Assembly: GCA_951406725.2 (NCBI GenBank)
Contig: OX597840.1
Span: 22,320,001 to 22,384,000, forward strand
Direction: 5' to 3'
Length of the DNA stretch: 64,000 nt
Source of the DNA: Octopus vulgaris
Taxonomy: Eukaryota
This document shows positions 1 through 14,460 of the stretch, in pieces. The stretch's first letter is position 1; each line of letters starts with the position of its first letter. Made by a program: the position numbers and the translations under genes. The notes beneath the pieces are model-generated. The model saw only the letters and a list, made by a program, of their open reading frames with translations, did not search any database and was not told where the DNA came from.

Positions 1-19
1 CACCTAAATTATCAACACA

Positions 20-710
20 ATTTTGCCATTTTATCGGTAGCTTATTTATGCCGGCAGCAAAGAATTCTAAAGAGCAGGAGGTGATGATGAATTCATAAAA
101 GGCTGTTTTTGCTTCTTCTTCAGATCTGAAGCTTTTTCCTTGCCAAAAGTTGTCTAATGCCTGGAAAACATGATAGTCAGTTTGTGCCAGGTCTGGTGAA
201 TATGGTGGATGACAGAGGACTTCCAAGTTCAGTTCCTGTAACTTGAGTAGCATTCTTTGTGCAACATGTGGTCAAGCATTGTCTTGCAAGAGAACTGGCC
301 TGTCTCTATTGACCAATCTTGGTCGTTTAATTGCAAGTTCACTCATCATTTCGTCCAGTTGGTTGATGTATACATCCGCTGTAACTGACTTACCAGGTCT
401 CATGAAGCTGTAGGGGATGACATCAGTGTTGGACCACCAAACTGACACCATTTGCTTTTTTTGGTGAATATTCTTTGTTTTGGCACTTCGTTTCTATCTA
501 ACCATTGTGCAGAATACTTGCCATTGTTGAAAAGAATCCATTTTCCATCACATGTAACAATATGATGCAAAAATGTTTCGCTTTTATGCCGAGACAGCAA
601 AGAACAGCAAGTTTCAAGACAACATGTTCTTTGATGCTCGTCCAATTTGTGTGGTACCTGCTTGTCCAGCTTCTTTACTTTGCTGATTTGTTTGAGATGC
701 TCAAGAGCTC
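20..710 (-). mobile_element. Decayed mariner (DD34D) transposase fragment
   Basis: Minus-strand translation FLHHIVTCDGKWILF..SAQWLD and HPPYSPDLAQTDYH (about 170-210); disrupted frames. Confidence 0.88.
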
Positions 711-2779
711 AGTGTGCTGCCAGGAATCAAACTTGTGACTTTTCAATTGTGAGCTGAATGCCCTAACCACTTAGCCACTCATTTTCAGTAGTTATATAGA
801 ATTTGGTGAATAGTTGTCCTGTCTAGTCCCAAGTATTTCAAGTGTATGTCTGTAAGTCTGCCTGTCTCTGAAACCGTTGTGGTTATCAGGTGGTGTTTAA
901 AGGGACACAACTACGCCAGCTTTAACCAACAAGAAAATCCTGTATATGGATGCACAACCTGCAAGAATTTGTAGCCGATCTCCCTTAAATCACATCTTAC
1001 TATCTAAAAAAAGAATCAACCCCAAAATCATTGATATTATAATCCTAGATACAAAGAAGGCTGTATGGCTATGACTGGAATGTCTTTTATCGTAGATCTA
1101 TTGTTTGGACTGACTTGGCACGGAACAATACCAACTTCAATCACCCAACGAAGAATACCCTACTTTGGTGTTTCTCAACTATTTTTCACCTTTGATTCCT
1201 ATTTTACTAAGATGAATCCTAAAGATTTGATGTTTAAAAATCATATATTTTAATGACTAATTATTAGGAATTGTATTAAAAGAAAAATTTTGAATTGTAG
1301 AAGTGTAACCAATTTATTGCAGATAAATTTTAACAAAATCTTATATGGTCCCTAGCTGAAAACCACTGCTCTACATGGTTGCTAGCTTTGCTAGAAATAG
1401 CAGCCAAAATCTCCTTCAAATCACATCATCATTATCATCATTTAGCATCTGCTTTCCATGCTGGCATGGTTTAGACAGTTTGACTGAAACTGGTAAGCTA
1501 GAGAGCTGCACCAAGTTCCAGTCTGGTGGCATGGTTTCTATGGCTGGATGCCCTTCCTAATGCCAACCACTGCAAGAGTATAATGAGTGCCATCAATGAC
1601 TACAATTTCAGTTGGCTTGACAAATCTCAAGCACAGCATAGTGCCAAATGTCTTGGTCACTTTTCATTACCTCCGTGACTCCCAATGTTCCTTGAAAAAA
1701 GATATATTGAATGCTATTGGAATAATAGGTAGAATGGTCATGGCCGAAGGATTATATATATATATACACACACTATTGTGTCTGGGGAAAGTCATTTTCT
1801 TTTTGTGTCTTATTATGTAAGCATATTAGAATATGCTTCAACACACAAACTCATATAAAGAATCTTGCAAACCAAATCCAAAAACGAAATATATATATAT
1901 ATATATCTATATAAACCTATTGGATTAGAGTTGACCAAGTTTGATTGATGTTCTGTGGATAAACCCTTTCCTTCCTATATTTTTAACAGAATCTGTGTTT
2001 CAATTAATTCTTGAAGAGGAATTTGGAGCTATTTGATAAAATGACCAACTTTTTCAGTATGAGGAACATAAGATTCATATATAGAAACTAGAATGGAAGG
2101 TTCTAATTTAAATGTAAGCACTTTTATGTCAGGGGCTTTTGTTTCATAGAACCAGAAGTAGTCTTAGGCTGAACGGATTGGTTTCATAAAGGGCTTCCAA
2201 TTGAGGAGGAAGTGTAAATGACGGAAGATTTGCAAGAAAAGTTGAAATAACAACTGCTGTGGTGAGTACTGTACCAGCATCATCATCATCATTAATTTAT
2301 GATGATGTAATTGCATGTCTTTACTCCAAATTATTTCATCTCTCAGACCTGAATTATATTTAGACTCTATAAACACCAATTTCAGAAACAAAACAAAAAC
2401 AACAGGGTAACAATTAATGGTATATGAGCTGTATATCTGTATATTGCTCAGTGATAGATATGTGTGAGGGGACAGTTGTTATTTCCTGTCAATGCTTCTA
2501 GGGTCCAATATAGTCTTGATAGTTTATTCATTATCTCAGATTTATATTATTAATCCTTATCTTGAGGGATGGAACTGCTTTTAATGCAGATAATCCTCAA
2601 GATTCAGTTGTTCAACTTCAATTTCTGTTAATTTTGTGTGTGTGTGTTGTTGAGATTCAGGTTTGAATTTCATAAACTTTTCCAAAAGTTGAGAGATCAC
2701 AATTCAATCAACAAGTATTGAGTGCTGCTGTATTAACCTGTTATACACATAGACGTGAATTAGTGTTTTGTGTATGCTT

Positions 2780-3150
2780 TCCATCATGCCCTCCCTGTGT
2801 CCAGTGATCAGCTTGCAACGACTCTCCAGTTCCCTCTGTTTTGCTGCATACAATCAGTTAGGCTCTTCTTGTTTCCTATCCATCCTTTGATGTCTTCTGT
2901 CCACAAATGCGTTTGATGTTTTTTGCTCTTTTCTAATTGACACACTTCCTGTTAGGATGGTCTCAGGCAATGATTTATGATGCATTGTATATCTGAAATA
3001 TTGTAACATTGTGGGTTGATTCTCAGCAATAGTTGTCTAGTACTGTAGCATTTGTTGCCCTTGTCTTTCCAGCTTATCCTGACCAATTTGTCAGAGTTCC
3101 ACATCTCATTGTGTTCTGTACATTGTCCAAGTTTTCTGCATAGTCCAGAA
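2780..3150 (-). mobile_element. RTE-type LINE 3' relic
   Basis: Minus strand reads YFRYTMHHKSLPETILTGSV.., resembling the RTE C-terminal YFGHxxRxxSLxKxILxG motif; very degraded. Confidence 0.5.
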
Positions 3151-3169
3151 AATTATGATGTTAATAACA

Positions 3170-3480
3170 ACAAGAGCACTCAGAGAGCGCAAGCCTCCAC
3201 CAAGGCAACACCAGTGTCCTCTCAACGATTAGCCAGAGATGATTTTTAAAATGAGAATATCTCAAATAAACTCAACTGCTCTCACAAACAAGAATACTAA
3301 AAATGAACCCAACCACTATCAAAAATTAAGAAAAAAATAGTAAAATAAGCCAGAATCCTTGTCTGGTACCGGATCGATCCCAAAATCTAATCAGTTTGTG
3401 CCAGTCATGAGGTCAAACATCCCTGAAAGTTTTATCCTAATCAATTTAGTGGTTCTACAGATACCTTGTCCACGGACAAA
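3170..3480 (-). mobile_element. Helentron/DINE-like non-autonomous element (related copy at about 44936-45125, + strand)
   Basis: Shared core agaatccttgtctggtacc..cccaaaatctaatcagtttgtgccagtca; subterminal (cc)tccgcc/ggcggagg-like motif and terminal hairpin gcgctctctgagtgc. Confidence 0.5.
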
Positions 3481-4132
3481 TAAAAAGGGAACACACGTGT
3501 GTGTGTGTGTATGTTTATATGTATGTATTCTGCATATTCATGTGTTTGTGTGTGTATTTGTGTGCATGTGTGTATATGGTCATGTGTTTCAGTCTTCTGT
3601 ATATGTATGTCTGTGCTTGTCTGTCCATATCACCTATGTACCTATCTATCTACATATCTACCTGTACCTGTCTATCTACATATCTACCTGTTTACTTACA
3701 TATCCGTTTAACTGCTTATCTGCTTATATATATGTCTACATAACAGCCTACTAACAAATCTATCTGTGTGTGTATAAACTGTGGGTATTGGGGTATCACT
3801 GCCTTATCTGTGTGTGTGTGTATGTATATATATATATATATAAACAAGTGACCGAGACTTAGGCAATATGCTGTGCTTGAGAAGACGCAGCAAACCGAGT
3901 GAAGAGTGCAGTGTCTTTTATCTCCATGTTAACTGCAGTATATTTGCTTTTTAGCACTTAAATATGTCACAGATATATTTTAACTAACCTAAATTTTGAT
4001 TATGCCTTAAACACTGCTTAGTGCTAACATTTTGTTAACAGGAAAATTACCATCCTTTTAATTAACTTCTTAGTGTTGGTATCTTTCTTTTTGTTCCCTT
4101 ATTCTTATTGTTGTTGTTATTTTTGTCTTCAG

Positions 4133-4274
4133 CATCAATCTATTGTAGCCGGTCTTCAGAAGATTCAGTGGGCCATGGAGTTACTCTCTATGCCACAAGG
4201 TGCTCCAAAAAGTTTAGAAGAAGCCAACAAAAAGAAATACCAGTTTTGGGAGACACAGCCTGTTCCTAAACTCT
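4133..4274 (+). CDS. NMT: NMT exon A ([47 protein letters not shown])
   Basis: Acceptor ttttgtcttcAG at 4131-4132, donor GTAAGT at 4275; [10 protein letters not shown] motif. Confidence 0.93.
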
Positions 4275-7200
4275 GTAAGTTTTTTTTTTTTTTATTTAGA
4301 AAATTTGTTGTGTTGTTGTTTAGCCCCTGGCCAACACTAACTGAATAATACCTGTGATCTAAGATATTTCAATTATAACTGTCCTGTTATTCTTTTCGAC
4401 ATTGTAAATGCTATCACATTCAGCTATGTGCTTATTTTATAACAGTAAGGTAGGGTTTAAGGGAAGTTCAGTAGCTGTTTCTAGCAAGTCACCTAATTGC
4501 AAATAGTGGCTGCACTATAAAATTGATGAGTGTTGTGTTAGCTTGCAGTCTTGTGCTCAGCTGGTCCTGTGACTATAGTTTAGAGAGGATGATGATAAAG
4601 GGGAGGTTGTAGCTGACTGAATTGGTCCTTGAATGCACACACACACAACTGGCACTTCATCAATTATGATGATGAGGGTTCCAGTTGATCCAATCAATGA
4701 AACAGCCTGCTTGTGAATTCAACATACAAGTGGCTGAGCACTCCACAGACATGTGTACCCATAACATAATTCTCAAGGTGATTCAGTGCAACTCAGAATG
4801 TGACAAGCCTGGCCCTTTGAATTATGGGTACATCTTTTTGCCAGCTGAGTGGACTGCAGTAACCTGAAATAAAGTGTTTTGCTCAAGTGCACAACACACT
4901 GCCAGGAATTGAACTCACAACTTTGTTTGTATGCTGAATGCCCTAACTACTAAGTGATGTGCCTTTGTGTGTGTGTCTTTATTATCATATTATATATATA
5001 TGTTTATATATATTAGATAATAAATCGTATGGTAGACACCTGGTAGTTTACTGGTAAAGTACATTCACTTGCACCGAGTTCATTGGATTAATGAGAGATC
5101 CCTCTTGTAATCACTTGAAGAGACATATTTACTCCAATGGACACTCCTTAACCAATTGTTTAGTATCCCTCCCATGAGGGATTGATGCTGGTTGGGTTGC
5201 AATGATCAATAAACATTTCTGTATCTTCCATCTCTCTCATTAAACATATATAATCATAAATAGCTTTCTATCTGTCTATTTATTCATCCATCTATCCATC
5301 TCCAGCTATCCATCTCCGTCTATCCCTCTCCGTCTGTCCATCATCTTCCATGCTGGTATGGGTTGGATGGTTTGACCAGATCCAATGGCTCCAAAGACTG
5401 CATCAAGCTCCAATGTCTGCTCTGGCATAGTTTCTATGGTCAGTTGCTCTTCCTAACGCCAACCACTTTACAGCATCAACTGGCTGCTGTTTTCATATCA
5501 CATGCACTATAAAGGTCGGGAATGGAGGGGAGGTCAGTTTCATATAAGAGGACAAGATCACCGCCATGAAGTGGTGCAAAGGGGCAACAGGTTCCTGTAG
5601 ATGGATCTGCATGGCTCGTCACCTTTTGTAGTGGAAAGAGACAGAAAGAGAGAAAAAAAAATTTATCTGTAGGAGTTGCAAGATGTAGATAATAGTGATG
5701 AGGTTCCTGGGTTTCCCCACAAAGCACAAGATGAGTAGAAGTGGGTGCATCAAGCTCCAATTGTCTGTTTTGACCCTGTTTCTACAGCTCGATGCCCTTC
5801 CTAACACCAACCACTTTACAATGTGAACTGGTTACTTTTTTATTCATGCCACATATACTGTTGAGTTTACTGTGCAGTTTGCAGGACTATGGCCTTGTAG
5901 AAAGTGATCAGTTTCATAGTAAGGGAAGGAGCTCAAAATACACAGTACCTTTGTAATCCCACCAAATTGACAGCATGACCTTTTTTCTTTTTTATGCAAT
6001 TCAGCTTTTGATGTGGTTGTGCTAGTTCATTACACTTGGACCACAATTGTTTTTGATCAATGTTATTGTAGACAATCCAGTTTCTATCACCAGTGATGGT
6101 TCATTTCAAAAAATGGTCGATTTCATTGTGTTTGAGATGCAGATCGCAAGTATTGATTTGTTGTGTGAAGTGAATCTCTTTCAATTCATGTGGAAACCAA
6201 ATATTGAGCTTCTTAACCAAGTCCAAGACATTTTAAGTGATTTTCAATTGTTGTCTGTGTTACATTTAACTTCTCTTCAATGTCTCGCACAGTTATATGA
6301 CAATCAGGTTCAATTTTGGCTTCGATTTGGTCATCAATTTCAGTAGGTCAACCAAGATGTTGGTCATCTTTGAATGAAAAATCTCCAGAACATAATTTTT
6401 TAAAACCATTTCTGACATGTGCGTTCTGTTGAGCAATCAACAGCATAAACTTCGCATATCTCTTTGTGAGCCTCACCAGCTTTCTTGCCTTTATGGAAAT
6501 AAAAAAGCAAAATATGGCGAAAATGTTTGTTTTTGCATTCCATGTTAAAATTGACACTGAACTAACAGCTGTAAACAAAATTATGTGCAATTTGCTTCTG
6601 AAGTCAGTTAAAAGTAACGGCTATCAAATGTCAAAAGGTAAAAAAAATCGTAACTCTTATGTCTTCACGAAAAACGAAATTACTTTCTTGCCAACTCGAT
6701 ATATACATATGCACACACACACACACACACGCATAAGAAAACATTGGATTATACAGTTTTGGGTAACATTATATATCTGAATAACAAGACAGGATAATTT
6801 TGGCTGGAATATCTGGCCCAGAGGTGTAGAACAATAATGGCCAGAAACCAAATAACAAAACTATAGACATGTTGATTTTTGTTTTAAATTTGCAGCGGAG
6901 AAAATAGATGAAAATGTTAATGAATGTATTGAGACTGACAAGCTCCCTGATGACATTCGTCAAGAATCTTACTCTCTACCAGATGGCTTTCATTGGGATA
7001 CATTAGATATCAACAAACCAGATATAGTAAGTAGAGCCCCTTTTTATTTGGCTCCTTCATTTTGTCTGTGTGTCTTTCCTGCTTCATTAATTCTCTGTTT
7101 GTCCATCTCCTTCCTGGTCTCTTTACTCATACAGAATGAAGGAGGCAGCTGGTCTCTGTCATTCTCTATGTCCTTCTTTCGCTCTATCTACATCTCTTTC

Positions 7201-8491
7201 CATCTATCTCCCCCCTTCATTCAGTCTGTATCTCTTCCCATCTCTCTCTCTCTCATTCTGTCTTTATTTCTGTCCATCTCTCTCTCTCTCCCCTTTATTC
7301 TCTCTGTTTACCTCTCTATCTCTTTCATTCTGTCTGTCTGCTTGGCTGGCTCTTTCTTTCATTCTGTCTCTAATTCTTTGTCTCATTCATTCTATGCTTA
7401 ACTCTTTCATATCTCTTCCTCATCTGCCTAACCCTTTCTGTTTCCCTCTTTCTTTCTATTTGCCTCACCCATTCTTTTAGTCTCTCTCTCTCTCTTACTG
7501 CTAAATGATAATTCATTTTAGACTTTGTATTCTGTCAAGTGTTGTATAGGGTCCATAGTCTGTTGCATTTGTCCTCATTAAGAAACAGACCTGACACAAC
7601 TTTGTACAAAGTCAATGTGGGAGAGATTCGACATATTTACTTTTATTGTGGTGATTGGTTTTTTTCAGTTGTTTATTCTCTGTTCTTGGAATCAGCTGGG
7701 GTTGAACTCACAAACCTTTTATTTCACTCATAGTTTCTTAACCCTGTCATGCCGTGATCCTGGTATAGCAGGAGTAGCCAAGACATAAAAGGCAGTGAGC
7801 TGGCAGAATTGTTAGCACATCAGGCAAAATGCTTTCTGGCATTTCGTCCATATTTATGCTCTGAGTTCAAATTCTGCATAGGTCAACTTTGCCTTTCATC
7901 CTTTCGGGGTCAATAAATTAAGTGATTGACTAGTCTGCTCCCCCAAAATTTCAGGCCTTATGCCTTTAGTGAAAAGGATTATTATAAGGCAGTGAAACAC
8001 TGGGGTTGGTGTAATCAACTTAACCCCCTCCCTTGTGCCAAAATTTGAAATTATTATTGAGTTAAAGAGCAGAGCATGCCATCAAAGTGACACTGGAGTA
8101 TAAATATATCGAGCACAGTTATACCCATCATGACTACCCGTCTGATAAGGGTACACCAGGCACAGGCATCACAACCATGTATGCAACAAGGTGATCTCAT
8201 ATCAAGATAAATAATGCATGACCTTGCAGGTGGGGCCCAGTTAGAATTTTCTTCAGGTCGAGTAGCCCATTCTGCTCAAAAGGTCCCTGAATAAGGTTGT
8301 TAAGAATTATCCAAACTCCAAAGAATTCCTCTCGACACACGGCTATGATGTTCCCCCACTATTTCTGCTCATGATCAGAGATGCACTTATCGTCAGCCAC
8401 TAAAGGACATGCTCAACTGGTTATGGTCAAGCAACTGACAAGCAAATCTGAGGTATTGAGCAGAATATTTGCTGTAGCCCATCTTTTATAA

Positions 8492-8527
<36 letters not shown>

Positions 8528-10607
8528 GGTGGTGCACTGGCAGAATCATTAGTGTGCTGGGCAAAATGCTTAGCAGTATTTCACCCATCACTACGTTCTG
8601 AGTTCAAATTCCGCCGAGGTTGACTTTGCCTCTCATCCTTTTGGGGTCAGTGAAATAACTACCAGTTACACACTGGGGTCGATGTAATATATTAGTCCCC
8701 TCCCTCCAAATTTCAAACCTTGTGTCTATAGTAGAAACAATTATTATTATTATTTTTATTTCTTTTTGTAGCTGAAAGAGCTGTACATCCTTTTAAGTGA
8801 GAATTACGTTGAAGATGATGATAATATGTTCAGATTTGATTATTCTCCTGAATTTCTTCAATGGTCAGTTGATAAATTTAAAAAATTTCTTGTGTGTGCC
8901 TTGCTCTTGTATATGTATCCACACACACACTCTCTCTTTCACATGTACACACACACACACACAGCTTGTGCTATTTTTATCTGATTGTTTTAAACATTTT
9001 TTTAGGGTAACAAATATCATTTTAAACATAAAGGTCATGTTCTGAGCTCGAGGGTCATCACTACATAACCTGGCTCGTCTAATGGTCACATAACAGGACA
9101 GTCCTGCTGACCACTCCATGGTCTGTGTTGTTTTCAATCCTGCTGGTCATGCATTATCCTGTTGTTGACAACACTGCTGACTACCCTGTAGCCTGTGTTG
9201 TTGATATTCTATCAGCCACAGCTTCACAACACAATAGTACACAAAAGTGTCCACTGTGTGTGTCTCCATTTTTTTTTTTCATATCTTTCATTGTCACTGT
9301 CCACTTCAAGGAGATGTCCACTATACTTTGTTTACATTTCCCACTTTAAAATTGGCTCGAGCTCAATGTGTCCAGATGGAATTGACAGCTTCTGATAGTG
9401 GTGACATGTTGAGTGAAGGGAGACCATTCTGTTAGTGGTGACGCATAGAATGAAGAGAACTTTTTGGTTTTACTGAGAACACGACAACCTATCTAGTGCT
9501 GGTGCCAGGATAAAATGTGCTCAGTTCACTGACCACTCTTCTAATTGGTTTCTGTTAGGAAGGGCGTTCAGCCATAGAAACCAAGCCAAAAACGAAATGT
9601 ATGAGCAAGGGTTATTCCTCTTATTCACTCAGGAGGGCAGTAATTCCAAATATGAACTGGCTCCGATTGTGATAACCCACCGAAGCTTGTGTCAGTTTAG
9701 AAAATAGACATAAAATGATGATGACTACATACTTTTTCTCGAAGAAAACATGAATGTGGATTTTCCACATTAACTTTACATTGGATGTACTTTTACAGCC
9801 AATATTAGTAAAGTTCAAAGTTCATTTTCAAATTTGTTTCATTAAAGATTTGTGAAGATTTTGTTCAGTGTATTTTATACAGCCTTTATAAATCTGACTA
9901 ACTACTCCTACCATGCAATATAATACCAAAGAAAAGTTGGTATTTATAACATAGGAATAGTACTTTGTTTCTGAGTTTACATTGCCCATAATTACAAGTG
10001 GACATTATACATGGCAATGTATAATGAAGGCAGGTGGCTTAGTAATTAGGGTATTTGGCTCACGATCGAAAAGTCAGGAGTTCGATTTCTGGCTGCACAT
10101 TGTGTCCTTAAGCAAGACACTTTATTTCACGTTGCTCTGGTCCGCTCCACTGGCAAAAATGCGTAGTGTCTGTAATTCAAAGGGCCAGCTTTGTCACACT
10201 GAATCTCCCTGACCGTTGTGTCTGTAGAGTACTTCACCAGTTGTATATTAATTTTCAGAGCAGGCTGCTCCATTGATCAGGTCAACTGGAACCCTTATCA
10301 TCATAACCAACAGAGTGCCAATTAAATAGTTTCTTTGCAGCTAAAGCAAATCCACCATCTGGATCACATTCAGTAAATAACTCTGTAGTTAATTTATTTC
10401 TAATTACTTTTCTAATTAATTCACACCACAGAAATGGTAAATAATTTATGACACAAAAGAAATCACAAACTTGCTAAAATAATATCCTAAGTGGGGTTAT
10501 TATATGATTAGAGTTGGAGTATACAAAAATAAACATTATTTTCCATCTTACTGTTAGTTTCTTCTTGAAAAATAAAAATTTATGGATTATATTTTGTTTA
10601 TATTTTG

Positions 10608-10649
<42 letters not shown>

Positions 10650-13389
10650 CTTAGGCCTCGATGGGTCTTAATCTGACCCTACCTAGGACAATACTACAGC
10701 AGTGGTCACTCTAGTTCTGATGAATCAGACTGAGCTTTGATATATATAATGAATTTATTGTATACATTGCTTGGGTGCACTCCAACTCATGAGAAAAAGT
10801 AATCAAAACCACATGAAGAGCTCATAGAATATGCATAAGAAGTGAATAAGTTGTTAAAAAACAAAACAAAACAGGTGGGAGCCATCAAGTGTTGTGTTAG
10901 TGAATTTCAGCAACTGATGCAGGCAATTTATTCCATGCTTCAGCAATTCTGAGTAAACATGAACAAGGTAGCTAATGCCATAAGAAATATAAATTAACTG
11001 TTTAGCATTCAGATTACTGTCAAATGTAAAGCTTAATTGATGATGCATTATCTCATAGTTTTGAGATTGAAATGCTGTGATTGTTTTTAGAATGACAATG
11101 TAAGGATAAGTGTGAGTGGCCAGAATTGGCTGGTTGGAACATAGGTAAGATATTTGGGCTGGTTTAAAGCTGATGTCAGTGTGTATGTTGTTGCTTTCAT
11201 TTCCTTCTTGGCTATATATTTGTTTTATCTTCTACTTTTTTCTGCAGGGCATTACAACCTCCTGGTTGGGTAAAGGATTGGCATTGTGGTGTACGAGTAA
11301 CAAAGAATGGTAAACTAGTAGGATTTATCAGTGCCGTGCCTGCACACATTAAAGTATATAAAAAGTAAGTGTCTGACTACTACTGGATTCTACATTCTTG
11401 TATTGGGTACAGCGGCTTTTTTCTTTTCTGGATGTTACTTTAGTGTAGAAAATGATATAATAATGTTCCTTCTGAGTCATATAAACTGATGGGGCTGTTT
11501 TCTTGGTTGCTATTGTGGATGTATTTTCCTCCTGGATTGGATGCCAGTCCATTGCAGGATGACTCATTTTTACCAGCTGAGTGGACTGGGGCAACGTGAA
11601 ATGAACCATTTTGCTCAAAGAGGCAGCATATTGCCTGCTCCAGGAATTTAAACCACAATCTTACAATCATGACTTCAACACCTTAACCATTAAGCAATGC
11701 ACCTACACACACACATACACAATGATTAGTACACCTTACTCTGTCAGGAGCATAGGCCCAGTTTCCTGGTGTTTCTTTGGAGTATAGATTCCTCCTTGGA
11801 TGGGATGCTGGTCTGTCACAGGATGACTCCTTTTTGCCAGCTGGGTGGATTGGAGCAAGATGAAAGGAAGTGTTTTGCTCAAGAACACAATGCATCGCCC
11901 AGTCCAAGAATTGAAACCACAATCTTACAATTATGAATCCAACACCCTAACCACTAAGCTATGTACCTCCACACTGCCAACTACATGATTAGTCCATAAG
12001 AAGCATAGGGTTGATCCCCCAGTTTCTCTGGCATATATATTTCTCCCTGTCGCAGGATGACTCGTTTTTACCTGCTGATTGAACTGGAGCAACATGAAAG
12101 GAAGTGTTTTGCTGAAGAACACATCACCTGGTCCAGGAGTCTTATGATCCTTAATCCAAGGCCTACCCACAAAGCCATGCACAACATTTTATTTTGTTGG
12201 CTGCTGTTTGTGCTGTGTGAATTGCATTGTTTTCTCATGTCAGGTGATGATTGTATAGAATATGTTGTTTGACGTGAGCTGAGAGTAGACACTCTGAGTT
12301 GAGCTTTTGAATATGTCTTATGTAAAATTTGGGTTGTACCTACCAGAGCTATTCTTTGGTATTGTATATAGAGCTGTCAACTAGCCTCTTCCCCTAAAAA
12401 CTGGGGGCCTTGAATCAAAATTTGAAACTCTTATTATTAATAAGGAGGTGAGCTGGCAGAATTGTTAACACACCAGGTAAAATGCTTAAAGGCAATTTCA
12501 TGTCTTTATGTTCTGAGTTCAAATGCAACTGGAGTCAGCTTTGCCTTTCATCCTTTTGCAGTTGATAAAATAAGTACCAGTTGAGTACTGGGGTTGATGT
12601 AATTGACTTACTACATCCCTTGAAATTGCTGGCTTTCAGTCAAAATTTGAAACTGTTATTATTATTAAGGTGGTGAGCTGGCAGAATCATTAGCATACCT
12701 GGCAAAATGCTTGGCGGTATTTCATCTGTCGTGTTCTGAGTTCAAATTCTGCCAAGGTCAACTTTGCCTTTCATCCTTTCGGGGTTGATAAATTAAGATT
12801 AAGTACCAGTGAAACACTGGGGTCGATGTAATCAACTAGTCCTTTCCCCAAAATTTCAGGCCTTGTGCCTATAGCAGAAAGGATTATTATTATTATTGAC
12901 CTGGCAAATAAAGTGAGTTCATGGCTGTATCCTATACCAGTTTCGCATAACCAGCCCCAGTCCATTCAAAAGTACCTTGGATCGTAGGGCGACCTGCTGT
13001 GCTTGAGGAGACCTATTGAGTCAAGTACATCAACATCAAAATGAAAATCAAATGGAAATTGTAGTTGTGATACCTTTGCCGGTGGCACGTAAAAAGCACC
13101 GTCTGAACGTGACCAGTGCCAGTGCTGTCTTGACTGGCTTCTGTGCTGGTGGCATGTAAAAAGCACCAACTGATCGTGACCGTTGCCAGCTTCCTCTGGC
13201 CCCTGTGCCAGTGGCACATAAAAAGCACCCACTACACTCATGGAGTGGTTGGCATTAGGAAGGGCATCCAGCTGTAGAAACACTGCCAGATCAGACTGGA
13301 GCCTGGTGCAGCCTCCTTATTCCCCAGACCCCAGTCAAACCGTCCAACCCATGCTAGCATGGAAAATGGACGTTAAAGGATGGTTGTTG

Positions 13390-13433
<44 letters not shown>

Positions 13434-14423
13434 CTTTGTTTCAGATTTAAAGATATGGTAGAAATCAATTTTTTGTGTGTACATAAGAAACTTAGATCAA
13501 AACGGGTGGCTCCTGTTTTAATTCGGGAGATAACGAGACGAGTCCATCAACGTGATTTGTTCCAAGCTGTTTACACTGCTGGTGTTGTTTTACCCAAACC
13601 CATAGCTTGTAGCAGGTAAGCCCTTTACATTTTCCTGTCTTTTCTCTCTCACACAACATTGAACATTGTAGTCCTAGATACACTGGCTAAAAACAATATT
13701 GGATGACCAATACATACAGGGTGGTGAGATTAAGACAAGGACCTTGGGCAAGTATTTTCTACAATATCCTGGGCCATGTACAAAGCCTGCTCCATCTTTT
13801 TTTCTTTCTCTTTCTATCTCTCTCTCCAGTCAAGCCTTTGCCTCCCTAATTCTTAGTCACCAGCACCTATCACTCCCCTATATTAAGATTATCACTACAG
13901 ATTTTCTATAGAAATTATAGCCAACACTGATCTTTTACAATGTTTCGCATCTGAATCCGCTTAATGTAAACAACAATGAGATTGAAGATGAGAAATGGGT
14001 GTATATACCCTATTTCAGTTGTTACTCCTTTGTCAGCAGCCGTCCACCCTGTGAACGTATTGCTTAAAATAGCCACTAAATGTAGTGGTGTAACATTGGA
14101 TATACTTCGCCTATCTATGGTACTACTCAGCCACTGTAATCACCTGAGAGCCAAAGCATCTCTCGCTTCACACCTCTTCATATTTCCTTCAACCACACCT
14201 CCACTCTGCCTCCTCATTCACTACTTCCACCTCCACCCCACCCCGATCTGTTACTCTTTGCCCACACTGTGAAAGCATTCAGTCTCTCCTCCTCCTCCTC
14301 TCCTATCACTGATTCTCCATATCCTCTCTTATGTTCACTTATTGTACTTTGAGAATTTGCCCTGGCACTCTGTCACTACCTTCTTTTTACCTCCTCCTCC
14401 TCAGCTGCTCTCATCCCCCCCAA

Positions 14424-14460
<37 letters not shown>

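Noticed and set aside
3359-3754. Overlapping Cys/Val/Tyr-rich ORFs (similarly 40655-40944 and 48720-49053)
   Set aside because: Translation of (TG)n/(TA)n microsatellites.
4169-4171. Trp (TGG) where human NMT1 has Lys, as recalled (IQKAIEL), as a sign of pseudogenisation
   Set aside because: Lies in the variable N-terminal region; the rest of the frame and all splice sites are intact.
7790-7880. tRNA genes suggested by A/B-box motifs (many sites)
   Set aside because: They are SINE heads followed by SINE bodies and tails; no complete cloverleaf seen.
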